Below are positions 1-12,894 of a DNA stretch of 23,916 bases, piece by piece. How positions within the stretch are numbered: position 1 is the first letter of the stretch; every line of letters begins with the position of its first letter. A program made the position numbers and the translations under genes. The notes below the pieces were generated by a model. That model saw nothing but the letters and a program-made list of their open reading frames with translations, was not told the DNA's origin and did not search any database. The stretch is from Octopus sinensis. Its lineage: Eukaryota. Where the stretch lies: NCBI RefSeq assembly GCF_006345805.1, contig NW_021836508.1:1-23916 (forward strand). The letters are read 5' to 3'.

Positions 1-1432
1 TCTCGTCGCTTCTGTACGTATTGACTCTAGAGCTACGACTGCGAGAACTGGCGACGCTGAGAGGCATCCCGTGAGAACTGGGGTGCGGGAGGAGCATGTC
101 TGCATACAGACGATATTACCGTCATAGTGTCGAGCCACAGGCATATCGACCTCGTCCGCGAGACACTAAAGGAATACGAAGCGCTAACGAGAGGAAAAAT
201 TAACTGGGAAAAGTCTGGGATTGGGGCTCGGAACCTGGAGAAGCAAGCCCATGCCGTCCAAAAGCGTCTCCATCGTGAGACGCTTGATCGACGGACCGGT
301 TAAATTGCTCGGGGTCTGTTTCGGTCCGGACCTCCAAATGGAGAAGAACTGGGACGAGATAACGACTAGGGTGGCCATTCTCACCTAGCAATGTGCCGAG
401 AGGAAGCTATCCTTAAAGGTCGGGTTGAGGTGGTGAACGCGTACATCGCATCCGTCATCGATTACCGTCTGACCGTCGTACCTTGTCCCGACCCTACCAT
501 CACCAAACTGGAACGCATACTACTCCGCTTTTTGTGGAAGGGAAGCCTTCCGATGTTTAGGTGATCCATTTGCTGTCAACACCCGCTAAATGGAGGGCTG
601 GGCATGCCGTAGTTGATGCGCAGACATGCGCTGACACTGCGACATCTCCGGCGCTTCACAGACGACGGTGAAGAGGAGTGGTTGCCGTTCGTGCGGCGCG
701 CTTTCCCGCAGCTCGTCTCTTAGGCCGAACTGCAGTCGTGGGTCAAACAGAGACCGAGGCTAGGCGAATGGCACCGCGAGTGCTGCCTTGCTCTCAAACA
801 ACCCTGCCGTCCGGGACGAAACTTTAATTCTACGAAGGCGTTCTATAGAGGATTAGTGGAGGGGAGGTGCAACGACGTTCTCGGGGAGAATCTGGGCATC
901 GACGAGTAACACCTGACTTGCCTTTTCAGGACAACTTTCGGGCCGGGACCTATGGACAATCACCAGAGATCCCTGGCCTGTCAGTGCTTTCGAGGCGTAT
1001 TGCTCGTTCGAGATAAGCTCTACAGGCACAGTTCGAGAGACACCGGACCGACTTGCCTGAGTTGCGGTTAGAACGACGAAACCGTTCTGCACGCACTCCA
1101 ACCATTTCGGACCCGTGTGCTTATGCCGAACGACTGCTGTTGTGTGTGGGACGAATTCGGTTGTCGGCCGAGGATATTGTGAAAATTCCTCTGCCACCTT
1201 CCCGGGAAGGCTAGGCAGTTTTCATTGCACTGGTGGCTATGGTGAAAGAATGTGTGTGGTGGACACGAGCGAGAGGTTTACAGACAAGCACTGTCCTCTC
1301 TGGCCAATCGCTCATCAACCTTTTCAAGTACCACTTGAAAAGGAAGGTGAGAATAGATTGAATAAAAGGTGGGTGAATGTAGAAAAGATGGTACGCGCGA
1401 ATGACGAAACCACTTTGAGCATGATCCTGTAA
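1..1432 (+). pseudogene. LINE ORF2 remnant: reverse transcriptase C-terminal half and Cys/His zinc-binding domain, with stops and frameshifts
   Basis: SAY(A)DDITVI at 99-126 (2-nt deletion in YADD), YEALTRGKINWEKS, FLWKG, NGGLGMP (~589-609), CLSCG*NDETVLHAL (~1054-1098); ends ...LSMIL* at 1432. Confidence 0.85.
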
Positions 1433-1436
1433 ATCC

Positions 1437-1498
1437 GAGAGAGAGAGAGAGAGAGAGAGAGGAGAAAGAGAGGAGAGAGAAGAAGAGAGAAGAGAAAG

Positions 1499-1533
<35 letters not shown>
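1437..1533. repeat. (GA)n purine microsatellite in the LINE 3' UTR
   Basis: Direct reading. Confidence 0.95.
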
Positions 1534-1534
<1 letters not shown>

Positions 1535-1799
1535 ACTTTGCTCTTATGTTTTTTCCCCCTGCTTGAGGTTACCGCAGTTTTTTTCGTAGGCTTTTCTTTC
1601 CACTGATAAACGTAATCTGTTTTTTTTTACATTTTTACTCTGTTATGTGATAGAGGATCCCTTTTGATCGGATCATTTTCTTTTTGAACGACCCCTTTTG
1701 ATCGGAATTTTTTCTTCCCTTTTTTTTTCTATTTTCAAAGCTCTATATTGTATTTTGTCCCCTCTGTGTTCGGCCCTGTGTGCCTAATAAAGAAAGATA

Positions 1800-2340
<541 letters not shown>

Positions 2341-2412
2341 GCATAAATAGAAATATATACATACACGCAACACGTGGGTTGCCACTATGAAAGATCGCAT
2401 GAGTGATAGGTT

Positions 2413-2671
2413 GCGTGTGTGTGCGTGTGCATGTGTATACGTGTGTGCTGCTTGTTTGTTTGTGTGTGTTCGTGCGTGTGTGTGTGTGTGTGTGTGTGTG
2501 TCCTGCTTGTTTATGTGTGTGTGTGTGTGTGTGTAAGCGTGAACCTCTGAGTAAGGAGCAAGTGAATCACTGTTTGTATATATGTTTATATATATGTATA
2601 TGTGTATCTATTTATACATATGAAAACACATACATACATATGCATACAGCATACATACACACACCATGCAT

Positions 2672-2704
<33 letters not shown>

Positions 2705-2824
2705 TATTATAATATATATATATTATATATATATATATATATATTGTATGATGTAATATATAATATCTCATATATAATATCATATATATATATATATATA
2801 TATAGATATATACATACAGATATA

Positions 2825-2857
<33 letters not shown>

Positions 2858-3300
2858 CTAATATATATCTATATATATATATATATATATCTATATATAT
2901 ACTATATATATATATACATATATATATATTTATGCGTGTGTGTGTATGTGTGAGTGTACATATGCAAACATGCATATGTCTTATATAACATGGAGATACA
3001 CACATATAATAATACCTATAAATGCATTTAAACACATATATCTACATGCATACATATTACCGCATACATGTTTTAAATACATACATACACATACGTACAC
3101 ATGCACACGCAAGTACACACACACACGCACACACACACACAAACACATATGTACATAGACAACGGTATTTTGTCTTCGAATGCGTCTTCGTTTCCATTCT
3201 CATATTCTCTCGTACATCACACACTTCGCACTCACAGACACACACACTCACACTTGCTCTTTTCTCCCCCCCCCTCTCTCTCTCTGTGTCTCTCTCTTTC
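2413..3300. repeat. Compound (GT)n/(TA)n/(CA)n/(CT)n low-complexity tract
   Basis: Direct reading. Confidence 0.92.
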
Positions 3301-3478
3301 TTTCGTTTTAGAATGCCAAATCTTCATGGTAGATAAACGTGTTATTAATGACTTCAATTGTTGCTGTACATTTTGATAGACCATTAATCTTCTCGCCAGA
3401 AATCTTTGGATTTTCCAAAGTATTGTACATCTATGACATCTACAGAGAAAGCAGATAAAGAAGCAAAAAACAAAAAAG

Positions 3479-3494
3479 AACAACAACAACAACG

Positions 3495-3528
<34 letters not shown>
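3479..3528. repeat. (AAC)n microsatellite
   Basis: Direct reading. Confidence 0.95.
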
Positions 3529-4051
3529 AAAGCAAACTGCATTTCATGCAATGATTCTTAATGTAGGCCCAGGTCACGCACGTTTAGAGAGGGTTGGGAC
3601 GGAGTTTGGAAAGGTGCAACCCATTATAACTCAGCTCCACTCTCCTCTTCTCGTCAGCCATATTGTGTGCATTAACTCTTATAGCCACGTTACTTCCTCC
3701 TCAGAACGTTTCCACCCTCTGGACTTATTTCCCTGTCAATGTTTATCCACAGCTGTTGACTTCAAGGTGAACATTAAGGCCGTTGACCATACCGGTCTAG
3801 GGTAGGGGCCTACCAAAACCTGGATACACCGTCTTTCTACAAAGACAGAAAAAAAGTGAAAGATGCAACAACACATTGATCAGTACTTGATTGGTTATTA
3901 TTTTATCGTGTATAATGAACGAATCGTAAACTCAGTCTATTCGAGAATCGAGCTCATAAGATTGAGATCTTGCTATTACACAAAGTAAGCATTATGTAGT
4001 CGTGAGTCGAGCATTATGTAGTCGAGTAGCCATGGCTGCCAATATACCGAG

Positions 4052-4450
4052 GCGGGCTGGCAGAATCGTTAGCACGCCGGGCAAAATGCTCAGCGGTATT
4101 TCGTCAGCCGTTACGTTCTGAGTTTAAATTCCGCCGAGGTCGACTTTGCCTTTCATCCTTTCGGGGTCGATAAATAAGTACCAGTTACGCACTGGGGTCG
4201 ATATAATCGACTTAATCTGTTTATTTGTCTTCTCTGTGTTTATCCCCTTGTGGATAGTAAAGAAATAAGTATTTCGTCAGCCGTTACGTTATAAGTTCAA
4301 ATCCCGCCGAGGTCGACTTTGCCTTTCATCCTTTCGGGGTCGATTAAATAAGTACCAGATCACATCGACCCCAATGCGTAACTGGTCGGTCCTTTGTCTG
4401 TTCTTGTTTGTCCCCTCTATATTTAGCCCCCTGTGGGCAATAAAGAAATA
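4052..4450 (+). mobile_element. SINE family 1 (ggcggcgagctggcagaa head), dimeric copy: one full unit plus a head-less second unit
   Basis: Matches the other copies in the window; 11-bp TSD aatataccgag at 4041-4051 and 4451-4461; ends taaagaaata. Confidence 0.9.
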
Positions 4451-4629
4451 AATATACCGAGTCTATCAACGATCATAGCCTCAAGATAGATGCTTAGTTA
4501 AGCCCCAAGAAAATTATTTTAAGTCAACATGGCTACCGCTACTCTAGTTGATATCCCTACTCAGCGTTGATGGTTTGCATTAATGATACATGCTGTGAAA
4601 CCATAATTTAGTTTTGTCACTTCACTACC

Positions 4630-4860
4630 TGTTTCTTTACTACCCACCAGGGGCTAAACACAGAGAGGACAAACAAGGACAGACAAATGTATTAAGTCGA
4701 TTACATCGACCCCAGTGCGTAACTGGTACTTAATTTATCGACACCGAAAAGATAAAAGGCAAAATCGACCTCGGCGGAATTTAAACTCAGAACGTAACGG
4801 TAGACGAAATACGGCTACGCATTTCGCCCGGCGTGCTAACGGTTCTGCCAGCTCGCCGTC
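4630..4860 (-). mobile_element. SINE family 1, full-length copy
   Basis: Reverse complement of the family sequence; 16-bp TSD ttgtcacttcactacc at 4614-4629 and 4861-4876. Confidence 0.93.
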
Positions 4861-5912
4861 TTGTCACTTCACTACCGTCTGGTTGTTATTGCTAGCGTTG
4901 TTGATGAGGCCAAACTCAGAGTCAGGTCTGATGGATCCGACTAATAGACTCTCCAATCCGGTTTATCCACTTTGAAGGTTTTATGATGATATAATGTCCA
5001 TTGCAGGTTACTCAGCTGCCCTTTCTAACATACTGAGCAACAACACGAGAACTCCTATATTGGTTTGACTGCAAACTTGTTGGTTAAGTTCGTGAACAAT
5101 GCTCAACACTAGTTAATATTACTCGTGTTAGCTGGTCTAATTAATCTACGTCTCATCACTGATGTTGAAAGTGGGTCACTAAAAAGGAAAAATGATTTCA
5201 GATATCCATTAATAGTTTGAATTTGAGATGAAACTGGTTTGATTTCTGTTTTTTTAAGATGCCTCTGCGGTCTTTGAATTAAATCTTTTCAGGTATTTTA
5301 AACTAAACGTCTTTAGGTCTTTGAGAGAGAATATTGAAATTGTGAGTTGGCATTACAATATGAGATAATGAAGGAGCAGTATCTCCAAGGCTGAAACCCC
5401 TTAGAAATTGTTGCTAAATCTCCCTTGAATCATACGACACTGCCTTTAAAAACAACAGATTAGAAAATATAGTCGTAGGTGCCTTAATTGCGACATATTG
5501 TTCTAGATATATTAGGTCTGAATAAATGGTGGGATGGTCAAAAGTGGAACCCCAGCGATCATAGAACTACTCAATCGAAGATGTTCTGCGGTGTGTGGCA
5601 TGTAAGCAGTAACAACAAGAACGACAATAATTGCCACATCATCGACAACAGCATCACTCATCAGTGTGGGTCAAAGACAGTTTTGATATTTATCGAATTT
5701 TTACTAATAGAAGAATGATCGCCCACCCGTCTCCCCTATGACACAAAAAGCGAATTAAGTATCATGTAGCATCAAAGTTCAACATTGGCTTAATGGTTTT
5801 TTTAATGTTTTTTTTTAATGGCTTTTAATGGAGCTTTGAACTTGTACATTTTGACAAGACACGTCTATACTGTTGGTAGAAACGACACTGTAATAAGATT
5901 CATATTTATTTA

Positions 5913-6160
5913 AACACGCATGCGCACACACACGCACACATACACATACACACGCACGCGCACACATATACACATACACATACACGCACACACACACGTA
6001 CATACGCATACACACGCGAACACAACCGCACACCCAAACACACACGCGCGCGCACATACACACGCACAAGCACGTACACACGCACACTCGCACACGCGCA
6101 CACACATACACACACGCACGCACACACACACCCGTGCACACAAACACATTCACAAGCGTA

Positions 6161-6194
<34 letters not shown>
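5913..6194. repeat. (CA)n/(CG)-mixed and (TA)n microsatellite
   Basis: Direct reading. Confidence 0.95.
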
Positions 6195-6197
<3 letters not shown>

Positions 6198-7824
6198 TTG
6201 CGGTCAAAATGTTCAGAACGGCATTGTTTTTGTCAGAAAAGTAGGTATAAGTTTTTATTAAAGTTGTTTTATATTCTATAATTTTCACAGACAATAAATA
6301 CGATATTATTTGTTATTGTCTGAGATTTTGGTGTAATTTGAGAGGATAATAAAAAAGTTATGGATGATTTAGTGATTTACTGCAAAACCCATGGCGGCCA
6401 AAATGATCAGAACGGTTGCTTTTACTCCATGTTTTAGTATATTTAACCGTCGAACTCTAATGTTTTGAATTTGTTTACGTGACGGTTCGTTTACTAAACA
6501 TTAGTAAGAATATCTGCAGTGTACTTTGTTAATATAATGCCACTTACTCCGTTACCAATTCGTCAGCAGATTATTAAGCTTCGAAAGAAGGATAATTTAA
6601 GTATTAGGTCTATGGCAAAGATTGTTAACAAGTCAAAAAGTGTTGTTCACGGTATTCTTAAGGTCTACGATGATTGTGGTTCGTGTGAAGCAAGAAAGTC
6701 TACAGGTAGGCCAAGAAAATCGACCAAGAGAGAAGATCGTGCTATGGTAAAGTTGGTTAAAAAGAACAGACTTAAAACTGCTGCTGCTGTTTTTCGGTAA
6801 ATGAGCATTGTACCGAAGAAAACTTTATCTCGAAAAACTGTGTCTCGTCCTTTAGTTGAACATGACTTACAAGCAAGAGCACCTGCAGTGAAGCCACTGA
6901 TCAGCTCCAAGAATAAAAAGTGTCGTCTTACCTTTGCAACCGAACATGTGTTGTGGTCTCAAGAAAAATGGCAAACGGTGCATTTCAGTGATGAATCTAA
7001 GTCTATGTTATTTGGCTCAGATGGGAAAAGGTACGTTCGTCGAAAAGCAGGTGAAAAATTGTCACCTAAATGCCTTAAGACTAGTGTTAAATTCGGTGGA
7101 GGAAGTGTCATGGTTTGGGGGATGATATCTGGAGATGTTGTGGGCCCTTTGCTGCGATTACATGGAAAGGTAAATACAGGAGTTTATAAACAACTTGTAG
7201 AAGATCATGTCTTGCCTGTGCTGAGAAATTCAACTAAGCGACCACCCATATTCATGCAGGACAATGCCCCATGTCACAAGGCTAAGGTGGTCATGAACTT
7301 CCTCAAAGCTGAAAAGGTTGTTGTTATGGATTGGCCTGCTCAAAGCCCAGACCTCAATCCTATTGAAAATGTGTGGAATATTCTAGGAGAACGTTTGAAA
7401 GCCAGAAATCCTAAAACAACCGAGCAATTATGGAATGCCCTTTAGGAAGAATGGAATAAGATCCCCCAGCAAGAAATTGAAAATTTAATTTCCCCATGCT
7501 GTCGAAAATGTCAAACTTTGATTGAAGCTAAAGGGCTTCACACTAAATATGAAGTTATTCCAGCATTCTCTGTCACTTTTTGATTATTTTGTTATTTTTT
7601 CAACCATTCTGATCATTTTGGCCACCATGGGTTTTGCAGTAAATCACTATATTATCCATAACTTTTGTATTATCCACTCAAATTACACCAAAATCTCAGA
7701 CAATATCAATTAATATGATATTTATTGTCTGTGAAAATTATAGAATATAAAACAACTTTAATAAAAACTTATACCTACTTTTCTGACAAAAACAATGCCA
7801 TTCTGAACATTTTGGCCGCAACTG
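6195..7824 (+). mobile_element. Full-length Tc1-family DNA transposon (DD34E, IR/DR type), inactivated
   Basis: Starts CAGTTG and ends CAACTG, with TA on both sides; ~224-bp TIRs (6195-6418 and 7601-7824); internal transposase. Confidence 0.97.
6537..7550 (+). pseudogene. Tc1 transposase with two in-frame premature stops (6798-6800, 7443-7445)
   Basis: HTH region with GRPRK, catalytic FSDES / QDNAPCH / SPDLNPIE with 34 residues between the second D and E; the frame continues EEWNKIP...AKGLHTKY past the second stop. Confidence 0.95.
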
Positions 7825-7828
7825 TATA

Positions 7829-8074
7829 TGTGGAGGCACAATGCCTAGTGGTTAGAGCAGCGGACTCGTGATCCAGGGATCGCGGGTTCGAATCTCAAAC
7901 CGGGCGATGTGTGTGTTTATGAGCGAAACACCTAAGCTCCACGCGGCGAACTTCAGCTGACTCTTTCGCCTCTACTTTCTCTCAACTCACCTGCGACGGA
8001 CCGGCGTCCCGTCCAGGTGGGGAACCTAAACCTGGAAACCGGCCCTTATGAGCCAGACGTGGCTCGAGAAGAAA

Positions 8075-8087
<13 letters not shown>
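7829..8087 (+). mobile_element. tRNA-headed SINE family 2, variant a, with (AAC)n tail
   Basis: A-box-like tagtggttagagc and B-box ggttcgaatc; head shared with the copies at 13510-13898 and 18337-18724. Confidence 0.8.
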
Positions 8088-8106
<19 letters not shown>

Positions 8107-8590
8107 AACACACACACACACACACACACACATTTAAACTCCATAGCGATCTAAATACGGGTATACATACACACGCATACATACATGCATACATTCATAC
8201 ATATACACATAGATGTAGACATAGAAACATAATATATACACAAACCGCATTGTGTCACACATAAATATATCCATGCACGAATACATTACGTACATCCATA
8301 TGTATACATACGTGGATACATATATAAAAATATACTTCCATACATACATGCATACATACATAAAAATATACTTCCATGCATACATATATACATATACATA
8401 CATGCATACATGCATAGATACATAGTTCTATGCATACATACATATATATACATGCATTCTTACATTCATGCATACATACATACATGCGTACATACATACA
8501 TGCATGCATACATACATACATGCATGCATACATACATACATACATGCATACATACATACATATATACATACGCGCATGCGCACATACAAC
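8088..8590. repeat. (TA)n/(CA)n/(TACA)n/(TGCA) low-complexity tract
   Basis: Direct reading. Confidence 0.9.
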
Positions 8591-9260
8591 TTGTTGGGTC
8601 CTTTGTGTCTCCGTCTCTCTTCAAGTTTACTTAACATTCTCATTCTCAGTCAGTTTGTACTTTAATCTATTATTCTCATTCGTCAATAACGTCTCCCTTT
8701 ACACTTAGCTCTATGAATTCATTCATTCATTCACACATTCTTTCATTCGTGCATTCACTCGTTCATTTTATCTCCTTTAGAAATATTGCCCTTTTGAACT
8801 TTAATTCATCCATTCGATGGAAAGCAATGTTTTCTGGAGCACTAGAACACAAGATTAAATTCTTCATAGTATTTTCTCTCGCTCCTCTGAGTTAAAAATT
8901 TTCGCTCTAATCAATTTTTACCTCGCAGCATCGAGATCGATTCAATGAACTATAGACATGCATTGAAGACTGTTCAATGGAACACAGTTCTACTCCTACA
9001 AAGTTTTATGCCTTCAACCAACGAGAGAAACATAAAAGTTTCTCATTTATCCATATTAATGGTAGGTAGAGAATAGTGTTAAGATCTTATCAAACCAAAT
9101 TCGCAATCCACTTTCGTGTTCATTTCAATGAATTCACATCTGTATACATTTTCCATACGTCATTTATTCTGCTGGATTTCAAGAAATATTCAATATCGCA
9201 AATCTGATCTCGCAACCTTTTCTTTAAACTCATTACGTCAATTATCGGCTAGCCTTTATC

Positions 9261-9263
<3 letters not shown>

Positions 9264-9338
<75 letters not shown>
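9264..9338. repeat. (TA)n microsatellite
   Basis: Direct reading. Confidence 0.97.
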
Positions 9339-9340
<2 letters not shown>

Positions 9341-9551
9341 AAAATGGAGAAAAAGTTTAGTTTGTTCATCAACTTTCGGATATTAGAATTTTGGATTATT
9401 TATTCATTCAACAAAATGAGAACCTCTGCATTATACATATATATCATATAATTCGATACACATAAGATAAGAATACAAGTTATAAAATCAATATAAATTA
9501 TGGAAATCATTAAAATCTTACTTTATATATATATATATATATATAAACTCA

Positions 9552-9582
<31 letters not shown>

Positions 9583-9587
<5 letters not shown>

Positions 9588-9877
9588 TGTGTGGTAAGTA
9601 GCTTGCTTATCAACCACACGGTTCCGGGTTCAGTCCCACTGCGTGGCACCTTGGGCAAGTGTCTTCTACTGTAGCCTCGGGCCGACCAAAGCCTTGTGAG
9701 TGGATTTGGTAGACGGAAACTGAAAGAAGCCCGTCGTATATATATATATATATATATAGAATAAGTACTAGGCTTACAAAGAATAAGTCCTGGGGTCGAT
9801 TTGCTCGACTAAAAAAAAGGCGGTGTTCCAGCATGGCCGCAGTCAAAATGACTGAAACAAGTAAAAGAGTAAAAGAG
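9583..9877 (+). mobile_element. SINE family 3 (degenerate tRNA head, CORE-like ccttgggcaagt, internal (TA)n, gtaaaaga tail), internally deleted
   Basis: Matches 15340-15680; lacks the segment seen at ~15460-15568. Confidence 0.8.
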
Positions 9878-9895
9878 TATATATATATATATATA

Positions 9896-10055
9896 CTTTA
9901 TTTAAAGCAGCAGAAAATTCAACAAAACCTGTTACTCTGAGTTTCCCGTTGCCGTTCATCGGACAGTTTTGATTCTAGCAAAAAATGTCCGATGAACGGC
10001 AACGGGAAACTCAGAGTAACAGGTTTTGTTGAATTTTCTGCTGCTTTAAATAAAG
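9896..10055. repeat. Perfect 70-bp inverted repeat with a 20-bp spacer
   Basis: 9896-9965 is the reverse complement of 9986-10055. Confidence 0.95.
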
Positions 10056-10167
10056 CATATTACTCTACCCATGGTATTTGAGTACTCTTTTTTCCACCTT
10101 GTTTCACATTTATGTGTTTACTCCGGTATATATATATATATATAGAAGGACGAGATGTAAACTCACT

Positions 10168-10228
<61 letters not shown>

Positions 10229-10595
10229 CACAACTTGACTACACACTCAATAACACTATAAAATGGTCAAAACTTTTCCACAAGAACATAGTTGAATTTG
10301 AAAATTCCACTAGAATGGACAAAAGCGCTAATAATGATATGATATAAGTTATATGATGTATAAAAACATATAATATACAAATAAATATCTGTAAATATAA
10401 AACCATCCGAATTTCTGAGTACCTCATTTCTTCTAATATAAAATACCTGTACATCATCTCCAAACCTTCTAATATATATATAGTCAATATTAATAAGGGT
10501 AACATTAATTAATTAATTAATTAGTAATTAATAATTTTAGCAAGCAATGTTCAGTATGTAAAAGGACCATTTACGGTAAATTTAAACATTATTTT

Positions 10596-10862
10596 ATATA
10601 ATTAGGGTTTAGCAAAAAAACTTGCTTTACCACACACCGAACTATTTAGCTATTTCCTCTACGTGTAATGTTTTTGAGTATACATTATCTAGGAGACTCT
10701 TCTTAAGGTAGAGGAAATAGCTAAATTCTTTGGCTGCTATTTCTAATAGTTCGGTGTGTGGTAAAGCAATTTTTTTGCTGAACCCTAATTATATATATAT
10801 ATATATATATATAATATATTAGGGTTCAGCAAAAAAAATTGCTTTACCACACACGAACTATT
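10596..10862. repeat. Three copies of a ~50-65-bp unit in +,-,+ orientation (overlapping inverted repeats)
   Basis: attagggtt(t/c)agcaaaa...tgctttaccacac...gaactatt at 10601 (+), 10745-10790 (-) and 10818 (+). Confidence 0.9.
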
Positions 10863-11016
10863 ATATATATATATATCTATATATATATATATTATATATA
10901 TATATTCTATATATTATATCATTTAAAAGGAGAAAAGAAAATAGAGATAAGGAAGTTAATAGTTGCTTATTATTGACAAATTAGTCATCTTCGTTTCTTA
11001 CTGACGTTTCAATTAA

Positions 11017-11368
11017 TTTGAACTGTTATCCTCATTAAGAGGAAAAAAATTTAGGGGTTTCCCGTTTTTTGGGATAAGCAATTTATAATTGCGAGAAAAA
11101 TTAAATTTTAGCCGTTGTAGGCTCTATTGTGGCATCAGCCACTAGCGTGGGTGAGATTTGAACTGTTGTCCTCGTTGTGAGGAAAAAAAAATATTATAGG
11201 TTTCCCGTTTTTTTGGATTCTATATTTTATTACTGTGTGAAAAAAAAAAATTTCGAACGTTGTGGGCTTTGTTGCTACGTCTCGCCCCCGCCCCAGCAGG
11301 GGTGGGATTTGAACTGTTGTCCTCGTTAAGAGAAAAAAAAGTATAGGTTTCCCTTTTTCTAGGATTAA
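11017..11368 (+). repeat. Three degenerate tandem units (~140-150-bp period) upstream of an ORF1-like gene
   Basis: tttgaactgtt(a/g)tcctc...gaaaaaaa...gtttccc at 11017, 11157 and 11308. Confidence 0.85.
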
Positions 11369-11395
11369 ATTGTGTATCATTTATTTCGAACGAAT

Positions 11396-11910
11396 ATGTC
11401 GGTCGAAATAATCCAAGAAACGAACCAGCTGCATGAGCCTGCAAAAAAGTTCGCGGCAGTAGCCGCTGTAACTTCTAAAAGTATTGTTATAGAAATGGAG
11501 AAGCTCTCCGAGCTTTTTGAGAGAATGAAAGAGGAGGGTAGGGATATAAAGATCTCACCCTCCCTAGTGTTGATAACCAGAAGAGAAGGACTGTCGTTTA
11601 CAAAACGTACTGTCCTTCATCGAAGAAATTCAAGCACTTCGAAAAGTACGAAATAGAAAAATGCCTGGCCCCTATATGGAAAGATATAAAATACATAGCG
11701 AGGGGCCGGGCATATGGAACAATAGAGGACAGATTTGAGACGGCCGAAAAAGACCAAGAGCACTCAGTGAGTCCTCTGAAAACGAAGGAGGTGGTGCTAC
11801 TCCCAACATACATGGGAAGGAGAACAGCACGCGTCCGAATAAACGAAGTACCACCAGAAATTGAGGCAAGGGAGGTGATGGCCGCCCTGTTCTATAACAG
11901 GACGGACAAA
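11396..11910 (+). pseudogene. Divergent, frameshifted, 3'-truncated Tx1/L1-type ORF1 (relative of the ORF1s at 19.4-23.9 kb)
   Basis: IKYIARGRAYGTIEDRF...VVLLPTYMGRRTARVRINEVPPEIEA aligns with INFLTRGSKYGTVVVHF...VTLLPTYLNRRITRIRVEGVPPNVEA; cut off by a minus-strand SINE fragment at ~11914-11957. Confidence 0.85.
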
Positions 11911-12000
11911 TTCCGACCGCGGCGGAATTTGAACTCAGAACGTAGCGGCAGACGAAAGAAAGGATGGATTTCTAAATGAAATAACACTGAAACCATACCT

Positions 12001-12232
12001 ATTTCTTTACTACCCAAAAGGGGCTAAACACAGAAGGGACAAACAAGGAGCGACAAACGGATTAAGTCGATTACATCGACCCCAGTGCGTAACTGATACT
12101 TAATTTATCGACCCCGAAAGGATGAAAGGCAAAGTCAACCTCGGCGGAATTTGAACTCACAACGTAACGACAAGCAAAATACCGTTAAGCATTTCGCCCG
12201 GCGTGCTAACGTTTCCGCCAGCTCGCCGCCTT
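12001..12232 (-). mobile_element. SINE family 1, full-length copy
   Basis: 21-bp TSD aataacactgaaacca(t/c)acct at 11980-12000 and 12233-12253. Confidence 0.93.
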
Positions 12233-12894
12233 AATAACACTGAAACCACACCTCAAAGATGTGTAATTTTAGACCTGTGTTTTTTGCTCTCACTGGTTTT
12301 CTGTTCTTTCTTGCTTAAATATGTCAGGCTTTTCTTTTCTTAGATTTCAATCTGTAGCTCTACATCTTTCAGATTTTAATATCAGCCGCCGCCTGAGATT
12401 GAAAAAGACAACATTTCTTACATTTTAAATTCTGCATTGTCTTCTCATTTTTTTTTGTTTTGTTTACTTTATCTCATCATATCTATAAATAAAACCATAT
12501 TTCCCTACAAAACCTCAAAACTGGAGACACTGGCTTTCAGTATGCAGACTCACAAACAACAACAATAATAATATAAAAAAGCTGGTAAAATATACTATTT
12601 TTCTTTCCATTCCATTTGTAGTTGTTGAACTTTCAAATGGAATAAATTAATATCGTGAAAAATAAACATGCAAAGGTTTCTCTCCACTGCAAAATCCCTA
12701 TGCAAAATAACTCTTCAAATAAATTTAAATAGTTGAACGTAGCGTTTGTATCAATATTTCCAGATGTTAAGGACAATTTTAGTTCTTCTTTCAGACAGTT
12801 AAACAAAATGTTCACCCGGTATGGTTGATTAAGTAATATGGCGCCGAGAACTGTCTATATTCGCTAACATATACATTAACATACTCATATGTTG

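Larger units (their letters stand above)
1..1797 (+). mobile_element. 3' part of an L1/Tx1-clade non-LTR retrotransposon (decayed ORF2, 3' UTR and tail), cut by the window start
   Basis: Manual translation gives RT and C-terminal motifs. The 3' end tgtcccctctgtgttcggccctgtgtgcctaataaagaaaga (1756-1797) resembles the tails of the SINEs and ORF1-only elements in this window. Confidence 0.85.

Noticed and set aside
7829-7912. Functional tRNA gene (also 18337-18412)
   Set aside because: Degenerate stems, and continuous with SINE bodies, tails and TSDs.
11017-11368. CRISPR-like repeat/spacer array
   Set aside because: Degenerate long units, eukaryotic context and no cas genes.
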